The notes under the pieces were generated by a model, which ran no database searches, had not been told where the DNA came from, and saw only the letters and a program-made list of their open reading frames with translations. The translations under genes were made by a program, and so were the position numbers. From assembly GCF_006345805.1 (NCBI RefSeq), contig NC_043004.1:30628001-30692000 (forward strand): a DNA stretch of 64,000 nt, read 5' to 3'. Source of the stretch: Octopus sinensis (taxonomy: Eukaryota). Shown here in pieces: positions 54,077-64,000 of the stretch (within the stretch, counting starts at the first letter, position 1; every line of letters starts with the position of its first letter).

Positions 54077-54277
54077 GGCGGCGAGCTGGCAGAAACTTTA
54101 GCACGCCGGGCGAAATGCGTAGCCGTATTTCGTCTGTCGTTACGTTCTGAGTTCAAATTCCGCCGAGGTCGACTTTGCCTTTCATCCTTTCGGGGTCGAT
54201 AAATTAAGAAATCGACTAAATCCCTTTGTCTGTCCTTGTTTGTCCCCTCTGTATTTAGCCCCTTATGGGTAGTAAAG

Positions 54278-54282
<5 letters not shown>
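54077..54282 (+). mobile_element. SINE family B
   Basis: ggcggcgagctggcagaa...agtaaagaaata, with a small internal deletion. Confidence 0.88.
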
Positions 54283-54306
<24 letters not shown>

Positions 54307-54311
<5 letters not shown>

Positions 54312-54819
54312 ATAAGAGAAAATAATTTCTATAAAGGCTTTTAAAAAAAACCCAATTATTTACTGGTAGAATTCGGTATGTAAATATAGCCGATTACCGG
54401 CAGGAACTTCTGTAAAGTTCAGTATATATATTGTATATAAGAAAAAGGGACAGGCAAACAGGTTGCTTGACCGCATACCGAAAAAATAGAAATAGCAGTC
54501 AAGAATGCTTATTTCTATCAAAGTTGGACTCCGGGCATGACAAACCCTGTAATTCACATATGCAAAACAGAAGGAATAGATAACGAATACGAAGTCTGGC
54601 GGTTATCTGTGAACATCATGTTTCTGGATTATAAACATATTGAATATATATTCAATATATATTTTTGATATATATTTCATATACATTGCATATATATTTC
54701 ACATCCTTCTTCAGCACAGCTTTCCGTTGAAAAAGATTTATCATAGATTTATCAAATGCTACGTACCTCAAACCTTCTGACCATGCGACATCATTCTTGA
54801 CTGCTATTTCTATTTTTTC

Positions 54820-54823
<4 letters not shown>
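54307..54823. mobile_element. ORF-less PLE-like element with an internal 32-bp perfect inverted repeat and an HHR
   Basis: 54476-54507 is the exact reverse complement of 54792-54823; (TA)n on both flanks. Confidence 0.6.
54607..54719 (-). ncRNA. Type I hammerhead ribozyme H7 with a long AT-rich stem II (predicted)
   Basis: cugug-CUGAAGA-A-GGAU...AUCC-A-GAAA-CAUGAUG-UU-cacag; stem I 5/5. Confidence 0.72.
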
Positions 54824-54874
<51 letters not shown>

Positions 54875-54934
54875 ATATATAGGTATATACATATATACAC
54901 ACACACATACACATATATACACACAGACACACAG

Positions 54935-55398
<464 letters not shown>

Positions 55399-55685
55399 AT
55401 AAACAGTTGCGGCCAAAATGTTCAGAACGGCATTGTTTTCGTCAGAAAAGTAGATATAATTTTTTATCAAAGTTGTTTTATATTCTATAATTTTCACAGA
55501 CAATAAATACGATATTATTTGTTATTGCCTGAGATTTTGGTGCAATTTGAGAGGATAATACAAAAGTTATGGATGATTTAGTAATTTACTGCAAAACCCA
55601 TGGCGGCCAAAATGATCAGAACGGTTGAAAAAATAACAAAATAATCAAAAATGACAGAAAATACTGGAATTATTTAATATTTAGT

Positions 55686-55916
55686 GTGAAGCCCTTTACG
55701 AGGGCTTTACTCTCATTCGATGCAGTAGCTGCAGGGTGGAAGAGGCCTCGTGGCAGGCCCCGCACCAGACGGCTGGATGTGATTAAAGTTTATCTCCAGA
55801 GACTCGGCGTCACCTTGGAGGAAGCAAAGAGACTTGCACTGGACTGCTATCGATGGAGAACACTGGTGGACAAGATCGGTTGTCCGTATATGATGCCTCT
55901 AGAACCACTAACTTGA
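55686..55916 (+). mobile_element. RTE-like LINE C-terminal fragment
   Basis: GWKRPRGRPRTRRLDVIK..LQRLGV...W. Confidence 0.7.
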
Positions 55917-56403
55917 GATAACCCCAACCCCATCAAGCAAGAGCATAAAGCAAACATTAGACTGAAATAACAACATGTATAACATTCAGAATGTGTATAC
56001 AAATGTGGAATGGCTCTGGGTGTGATATTTTGTTTCAGAGAAGCATCTGAAAGGGACTTGCGGAAAAGTTTTTATTTAAATTGACTTCCTAAATATTTGG
56101 CTTTAAAACATTTTTTAAAACATTTCATAGAAAGTGCGACAATAATTCTGTGATTGATCTGGAAATCACAAAGACGGAGAATCACTGATCCTACGCCGGA
56201 ACATCATCTCTACATCAAAGAAATATTTTAACAGCAACGGTTTAAATAATATTTGTTTGTTTCTTTCTCGAGGTTAAACAATACCGAAAAATACTATTTT
56301 AAAATTATCACGTATTGAAATAAACTCTTTGATATATATAATAGCATGTGTGTGTGTATGTGTGTTTATGTGTGTGTGTAGATATATATGCATGTATATA
56401 TTA

Positions 56404-56498
<95 letters not shown>

Positions 56499-56610
56499 AT
56501 ATCATATGTGTGTGTTGGTGCGTGTATATATGTATGTATGTACATATAGATAGATAGATAGATAGATAGACGCACAGAATAAATACTTAGATGATATGTG
56601 CGTATGTATG

Positions 56611-56658
<48 letters not shown>

Positions 56659-57409
56659 GTGTGTGTGTGTACAAACAGAGAAAGTGAGAGAAACAGGAAA
56701 GAATTATATATTCGAGCAATGATTTTTAAAAATCTGCGGGGTAACAATATTAAAAGCACTTGTTTACATTTAGTAATGGACGATAAATAATTGTAAAAAG
56801 CTTAACTGGCCATTATAAATAATGCATATTGTACGAGGCTTCAATTTCAACATCACGAAAATATTACGCATAAGCAATGTAGAACAGATGAATGTGTAGC
56901 AATGAGTAGAATCCGAACCGCCTGGCAGCTGAGCAGACATTAGGGTCAAGCCACAATAGTATCACATGGTCGGTTTTTTAAGTACCCAATCAGCTTCAAG
57001 CCATCGCGTGATTTGATTTTCTGGAATTTTCTCTTTGCGTCCTGTAAAAAGGCATGTTTTGACAGTGATCGCAGAATGTTGAGGCAGCCGCACCGCATGT
57101 CGTCTCCATTCTCATCATATCCAGCCGATTAAGACAGATAACTGAGAGTTGACAAGAATTCTCGTCCCCACGAATATAACACAATTATTTTCCAGTTCTG
57201 ATGGGCCAATCACAAATTGCTACATCAGTTAACTTTATCGTAGACCCCAAGCAGTATCTCCCCCACCCCGCCCTGTATGTAATTATTGCTGCTAGTATTT
57301 GTAAAAGACCAACACAGTTAAAGCTCTATCTGCAGTAATAAAATATTTTGTTAATCGTTCATGAGTGTTATCAGTCACTTTTTAACGCAGCCCAAGAAAT
57401 ACATTTTCA

Positions 57410-57855
57410 TTCACCATCATCATCATCATTGTTCGACCGTGGTCGAGACAATGGAATTTACTATGTTACGCCAGACTTTACGGTCCATCATAGCATTACG
57501 GAGGTCCTGTTGCTGGATGCCTGTATCCCTGGAGATTACATCGGGGTAGGAGAGTGTGCGCCCTCTGGTATTGCGAGTAGATGGCTTCCAGAGGAGAAGA
57601 GTAGAAATTACTTCTTTTTCAGCTCTACAACAATGTCCAGTAAACTGGACTCTCCTACCTTTCACAAGAGATGACACAGGTGGTAGTTTCCCATATATTT
57701 GCATTTTGGTTGGATCGCGCTTCCACGAGAGATTTTGAGCTCTCATAAGGAGGCGAGTGTAGGTTCCATCCAACCGCCTCTCAAGCTTCTTTGATAACGT
57801 CCAGGTTTCTGAGCCATATAGTAGAATTGGTTCGACTGTGGCATTCACCAACACA
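57410..57855 (-). mobile_element. RTE-clade LINE 3' fragment, in frame to the stop
   Basis: ATVEPILLYGSETWTL...FTGHCCR...MMDRKVWR; (GAT)n tail. Confidence 0.88.
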
Positions 57856-58845
57856 ACAACAGCGACGGCAACTACCACGATGGCAACAGCCAAACGACAA
57901 ATGTTACAAATGACCAGAAAGGAGTGATTATCTCTAAAATAGTGATGAACAAAAGTGTGTTGATAAATTATAGGCAATTTCGCCTTGTTGCTGAGATTGC
58001 AAGTTATTCATGCGCACATCTCTTCTTCGTAGAGTCAAAACTCTATTAAACAAGCAGTAGTCTAACAACGCTGTAGCTATTCGAACCCTCAAGTCAATAA
58101 ACGATGCCACATTGAAATCTCATCTGTCTAGTATGATGTTGTTGGCTGCAGCAATTGTTTATCCTATTCCGTCTCGTTCTCTAACATCTGACAAGAGAGT
58201 AAATTTAATTTTTTTTTTTTAAGTAAAAGAAAATTATATAGAAATACTATGGTACTGAAAATTTGAATAAATGGTAGAAAGCTGTCTGGTCCAACAGTTC
58301 TTAAATGATCAATTTATTGTAAATAAATCATCCATCTACAAAACGATATCTCAGCGAATACGCCATTTTGTTAAGGCAAAATTTCATACGAGTCTCTTAA
58401 GTACTATAATTCACATGAATTCAAACAATGGAGTAGTCGTTGAAATATCGTTTCCTAAGTGGATAATTTGTTTACAATAAATTGTTCATTTTCAAAAATT
58501 TTGTACCAGACGGCTTTCTAACTCTTTATTCAAAATTTCAATAATGGGGTACTTTTGCATAATTCTCTGATACTAAAAGAATATCTACACATATGCGTCT
58601 CTGTCTTTCTCTTTCTCCCTATGTACATGCGTGTGATTGTACATACATACGCACACATAAACACACTTAGCTGTCATTGACAGGAAAATATAACCTGGTA
58701 ACACGTACCACATATTAGTTAACTGTTTTAGATAACTATACAGTCGTGAACAGACTTTCAAGGGTCACCGAAGAGTTTATAGACTAACCAAGATACTTTC
58801 ATAGAATGTGTCCTAATAAGGTTTATCTTCCAACGTAGCCCATCC

Positions 58846-59160
58846 CTACCTTGCAGTCCACATGCTTCTTCCATTAATGTTGCAGTGCTTTGATCCCATT
58901 GGTGCAGAAGCTTTTATCCTGTTGGTCAAAACAGCAGATATGCCGTCATCACTGCAATACTGGTTCCCAGCTAAGAGTTTTTTCATGATGGGGAACACAT
59001 GATAGTCAGATGGTGCCGATTTAGGAAAACAGGGAGGTTGGTCAACTAGTTCAAAGCCACAGTCACGCACAACAGACATTGAAACCAAGGAGCTGTGGAG
59101 CATTGTCCTCATGAAACAAGACCCATTTCGCCAGTTTTCCTGGGCGTTTCGTCTTGAGAC
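58846..59160 (-). mobile_element. Decayed mariner fragment (same family as 11140-11830)
   Basis: VRDCGFELVDQPP...APSDY.VFP.MKKLLAG. Confidence 0.8.
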
Positions 59161-59390
59161 AAGAGCACGCCATCAACAGATAAAAGTCCTACAATTTAGT
59201 CAATTTGTTTCATTATTTATAATTTAAGTATGTACAGATAAAAATTCAACAAAATTTGTTTTCATTATTTGCAATTTTAGTATGTACAAATTTTTTTTTC
59301 AATTTCTTGACTACGGATATTATTTTCAGTCCTGAAGGTGTTTTAGACAATCGATTACAGGTTCCACATACAGACTTGCGTTACTTTGAT

Positions 59391-59461
59391 AAAATGCTGG
59401 CTTAACTAACTATTTCCGTGATCATGTTGATCACAGAAATGGTGTGTTAAGCCAGCATTTT
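59391..59461. other. 71-nt hairpin
   Basis: 16-bp perfect outer stem aaaatgctggcttaac/gttaagccagcatttt; inner atttc/gaaat and gtgatca/tgatcac; 3-nt loop. Confidence 0.85.
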
Positions 59462-59489
59462 ACCTGGCTTTAGAATTCAATCATCATTC

Positions 59490-59544
<55 letters not shown>

Positions 59545-59690
59545 TAAAATAGTGTACATTTAAACACAAGAGAAATTACCTATAACAGGCAATTTCTACA
59601 AGCTAGGAGACAGTCAAAACTACCGAAAACCACAAAATTTAAGCAATTTCAAAGGGAATGAAAAAATAAAAACTTTTACCTTGTTTTTAC

Positions 59691-59763
59691 GGTTATACCT
59701 ATGGGTTTCGATTTTTTTTTTAGTAAATAAAGTAATTTACTAGGCAAATTCTCATCAGTAACC
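59691..59763 (-). ncRNA. Canonical type I hammerhead ribozyme H8 (predicted)
   Basis: gguua-CUGAUGA-G...UAGUAAAU/AUUUACUA...C-GAAA-CC(CAUA)GG-UA-uaacc; all core nucleotides present, G10.1-C11.1 pair. Confidence 0.85.
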
Positions 59764-60003
59764 GAGCCATCCAAGACTAACCTATAATTATGAGACCAAT
59801 AGCACGTGTCCCATCTTTATATGTTATAATTATTTCAAAATCCACCACGCAAGCGCAGTTTCAGTCGGCAGAAAATGAATAATGCCGAAACAAATTTTGA
59901 AATGCTAATACCAATACTTAGATATATAAATATAGGGTAGCAAATTTTTAACAAATTTCACTACCAGTGGCCTAGCATGTATAAAAAGTCAACAGATGAC
60001 ATA

Positions 60004-60399
60004 TCTTTATATATAAAAGGGAGGTTGTGTACTGTCTGTCTCCTACGATTTAGATTCTTAACTACTCCCACATTTTGCGGTGCAGTTTAACCAAAACCGG
60101 GTATCTTATAGTCGTGATTCATATCGAGCCCTTCTGGGTATTAGCGCGCGTCTACGATGAGTCTACGATAAAAAAAATTACCATCATATTTTTCCCATTT
60201 TTAATGCATTTTTGGCATATATAAGGGAAGTAACTCTCTAAAAATTTATCATTAAATCTCAGAACGTAAAAAGCTACAGTAACACCCCCCCCCCTTTGTG
60301 GTTAGCCATATTGAGATGGCTATTATACTTTACATCTCTAAAAATGCTTATATAGTTATTTCCCTTACAAACCCGAGCAACGCCGGGCGATACTGCTAG
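60004..60399 (+). mobile_element. Non-autonomous Helitron
   Basis: 5' TC after A, 3' CTAG before T, subterminal hairpin cccg-agcaacgc-cggg at 60372-60387, no TSD. Confidence 0.85.
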
Positions 60400-60556
60400 T
60401 TCAATATAAAATAGTGTACATTTAAACACAAAAGAAATAACTTATAACAGGCAATTTCTACACGCTAGGAGACGGTTTTCGGTCGTTTTGACTTTTTATA
60501 CATGCTAGGCCATTGTTAAGGAAATTTGTAAAAATTTGCTACCCTATCTCTCTCTC

Positions 60557-60606
<50 letters not shown>

Positions 60607-60607
60607 T

Positions 60608-60651
<44 letters not shown>

Positions 60652-60653
<2 letters not shown>

Positions 60654-60885
60654 TGTCACTACGTCGGTTACGATGACGAGGGTTCCAGTTGATCCGATTA
60701 ACAGAACAACCTGCTCGTGAAATTAACGTGTAATTAGCTGAGCACTTCACAGATACGTGTACCCTTAACGTAGTTCTCGAAGAAATTCGCCGTGTAACAG
60801 CGTGTGACAAGGCTGGCCCTTTGAAATACAGGTACAACAGAAACAGAAAGAAAGAAATCTGTGGTGAAAGGTTACAGCAGGGTTA
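60652..60885 (-). mobile_element. SINE family C 3' fragment
   Basis: Reverse complement of ~12170-12410. Confidence 0.8.
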
Positions 60886-61162
60886 CATTGTTTTACACCA
60901 TTTTATTCCTTTCGAATAATACCAGTGATATCTTCGAAACATGTGTCGGAAGTAAAAGAATTTGAGTAACACCTGCGTTTAACTCCATTTATTTATATAT
61001 TATACAAAATATTTCACGTAAACCCGAAGTTTCTACCTTTAGAAACAAGGAGTTACAACCTTTTTACTTGTGGGATTTTTTGCTACTCTGGTAGCTATTT
61101 ATCTATTTTTTCCGTGTTAATTGTTAAGAATGGAAAAATACACACATCCATCTACGTGTGTT

Positions 61163-61223
<61 letters not shown>

Positions 61224-61268
61224 ATGTATGTATGTATGTATGTATGAATGTATGCATGCATGTATATA

Positions 61269-61674
61269 CAGGTCGTCGTCGACTTATGACCGCAATTGGT
61301 TCCAACTGACTGGTCGTAAGTCGGTCTATAGGCCTACGTAGCTTTGTTTTATATTTTTACATTCTTAAGGTATACCCTCAGGAAAAAGTCACACACTGCA
61401 TTCTGTATTATACTATTATACTGGCATTAGTAAAAAATTTCGAATTCTCATGCAGTCGTCTTATAAACAAATACGAGGTTGCCTCGATATCTCCGTGACA
61501 GGATAGACATCCAACACAGTGGCGATGTATAACCAAACCTAGGAGAAGCGTTTGTTAGCTGACATCATCTTAAGACGGATTAATTTCTGAGAAATCAAAG
61601 CCATTAGATTTCAGGTGGACTACTGGCGCGCCAATAATCGTAAAGTCGATCGATCGTAAGTCGGCGACGACCTG
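61269..61674. mobile_element. pogo/Tigger-like MITE (406 bp)
   Basis: TIRs caggtcgtcgtcgactta / taagtcggcgacgacctg; TA on both flanks. Confidence 0.82.
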
Positions 61675-61777
61675 TACAGTAAAAACAAATACTCGAACAT
61701 TAAAAGTAACAATAACAAAACAACAAGAGGACGTGCACATAGAATGTACTAGTTTGACGCTCGATATAAAGAGAGAG

Positions 61778-61814
61778 CTTTTAGACGTTTCGAGCATAGC
61801 ACTTCGTCAGAAAG
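61778..61814 (-). ncRNA. Minimal HHR motif H9 (predicted)
   Basis: cuuu-CUGACGA-A-GUGC(UAU)GCUC-GAAA-CGUC-UA-aaag. Confidence 0.65.
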
Positions 61815-62000
61815 GAAAATGAACAATATCACCAACAGCACGTATGTAGTTACATCGTTATATTTGGAGATGGTCATCTTTTGCAATATTGTAAGTCCGA
61901 ATATGTTTGAGGTACGTTCGAACTGGAAAACAAGCTACTGCGTTTTGTCACGGAAATGGTGTATATACAGCTGATCAGCTCGCAACGTCACCTACCTAGA

Positions 62001-62048
62001 CTGTGAGATGCTAGCATTTCGGAGTAGTTATCTCTTCTTCAGTTACAG
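62001..62048 (-). ncRNA. Minimal HHR motif H10 (predicted)
   Basis: cuguaa-CUGAAGA-A-GAG/CUC-C-GAAA-UGCUAGCA-UC-ucacag; helix III palindrome AUGCUAGCAU. Confidence 0.7.
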
Positions 62049-62979
62049 ACACCAGGCAGGCAGGCAGGCAGCGCAACGAGCTGATTGAAGAGATTGACTC
62101 TCTAATGCATTTCCAGTCACCACCAACTAAATACACACTATTTATTCGATCTTCACTTTAGTTTCATTATTGTGATTTTTAGTTTATTCGTCTGTCGAAG
62201 TTCTTTCATCACACATTCCGTGATCTCTTCAGCGACTCTCCGTCCCATGAATCTTGCAAACCAAATACATAAACGTGCATGTGTATGTGTGTGCGCGCGT
62301 GTTTGTGCGTGTGTGTGTGTGTGTGTGTGCTTGTCCATGTGCTCTATTGTATGTGTCTGCGTGTATACACCTATATACTGAGTCGATGTATAGTGAAACC
62401 TACTATATACTTGTAAGTGTGCCACTATGGCCAATAGATAGTGAGTTAACATCAGGCCATTCAGTCAAGTAGCCCACTAGTGTATCAAGTTAAAGATCTA
62501 GTAATCTTCAATATTTAATTTGTTTTGAAACCGTATAACTTTTGTTTGAATCTTATGATGACTTTTGCTCATTTTAAGAATATTCACACATTATATCTGA
62601 GATTGGCTTTGAAAGTTGTTTTAACATTAGGTGTAATTACACTTTTAGATTAGATATTGTTTAATGTTGAACTATTTCTGTACTGTCTTCCTTCTCTCCC
62701 AACAGGCAAGAAGATTCACACTGGATGTAGTCACCAGTTGTGAAGTATGAAGGTCAAACAACGAAACTTGATTATCTCTGTAAACCAGTCACGAATAAGA
62801 TTATATTGGGTGTTTACGTGCGTGTGCGTGGGCTTATGCGTGTGTGTGCGCATGTGTGCGTGCGCTTGTGCATATGTGAGCGTCAGTGTGTATGTAAATA
62901 TATATACACACACACATATATATATATATGTACATGCGTACATATACATAATTATATATATATATACATTTATATATAC

Positions 62980-63170
62980 GCATGGCTTAGTGGTTAGGGT
63001 GTTGCATTCACGACTGCGAAATCGTAGGTTCGATTCCCCGGACTAGGCGTTGCATTGTGTTCTTGAGCAAAGCACTTCATCTCACGTTGCTCTGCGATCA
63101 TCTCGTCATCTGACATGTGGCACACAGTGCATCTATACAGTTAATGTCAGCTTGCTCGCCTATATCAACT
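62980..63170 (+). mobile_element. tRNA-derived SINE 5' part
   Basis: A box tggcttagtggtt, B box ggttcgattccc, then cttgagcaaagcacttcatctcac. Confidence 0.75.
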
Positions 63171-63437
63171 TGCTTACCATATCAGTCTGATGACGGAGAG
63201 CAAGCCGGAAGTTCGAAGACTCTCTCAACCTTTTCTTTATTGACCAGGTGCGCTTTTTTCACCTCCATTACCAATTAGTTGCCATGGTTTTTGTCATAAA
63301 TGCTCGCTCTGATGAGAGCAGAGTTATGTAATCGGGCTGTTATCTAACATCCGGTTTAACATCCAGTGCGAAAGCGATTTGTAATATTGGATGCAATGGA
63401 TATACAATGCACATCACTTCAATTAATATATAGGCGT

Positions 63438-63468
<31 letters not shown>

Positions 63469-63730
63469 CACACACACACACACAAAACATATTAGACGTA
63501 CAATGACGATTTTAACACAGTATTTGTCACAACTGTCTGACGAACGAGAACGTTAAACTCTGAGTAATAGTTTTGTGATAATTTTGCAGCTTTAATAAAA
63601 AGCATATTACCCTACTTTTGGTATTCGAGTATTATTTTTTTTCCACCTTCTTTTGCACTTATGTGTTTACCTGTGTATGTATATATACATACATACATAC
63701 AAGCATACATACAAAATTATAGACATATAC

Positions 63731-63780
<50 letters not shown>

Positions 63781-63838
63781 TAATGTAATACATATGTGTG
63801 TGTGCGTGTATACATACATAGATATGTGTGCCTGCGTG

Positions 63839-63869
<31 letters not shown>

Positions 63870-64000
63870 TGTGTGTGTGTGTGTGTTATATCAATTTGCA
63901 CTTTGTTTCTTCGTTGGAGAAAAACAATCTCAGACACACCATGCTTGAATAAATACCTGGATGGTCGCGACTGACGTGCTTATGATCCGAGATCTTCATC

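Larger units (their letters stand above)
59546..60547. mobile_element. Second ORF-less ~465-bp HHR unit: tandem partial copy plus inverted terminal piece, split by a Helitron
   Basis: aaaatagtgtacatttaaacac at ~59547 and ~60408; 60476-60547 inverted relative to ~59930-59990; shares tagggtagcaaa and ctaccag.ggcctag with the 472-bp unit. Confidence 0.7.

Overview
An AT-rich, repeat-saturated eukaryotic window. The microsatellite density and the tRNA-SINE/RTE families look most like a coleoid cephalopod (Octopus-like); this is inference from family recognition, not a database search. I could not confidently identify any host protein-coding exon, so the window is intergenic or lies inside a large intron. 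Most ORFs in the track are microsatellite translations. Transposon content: one near-intact mariner (TIRs, TA TSD, uninterrupted 344-aa transposase with DD35D spacing), several decayed Tc1/mariner copies, a Mag-type Ty3/Gypsy element, RTE, CR1 and RLE/R4-type LINE fragments, a Chapaev-like fragment, a Helitron, MITEs, three SINE families and several Penelope-like (PLE) remnants. The main result, read by eye, is about ten type I hammerhead ribozyme (HHR) motifs carried by different PLE-like or ORF-less repeats. Two loci (39.1-40.4 kb and 59.5-60.5 kb) consist of related, ORF-less, tandem ~470-bp units carrying an HHR, with an inverted copy. That is a retrozyme-like architecture which could release a ~470-nt linear or circular RNA. 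Nearly all well-formed HHRs are on the minus strand, and three unrelated families share a non-canonical A/A junction at stem II. All ribozyme folds are manual predictions and are untested.
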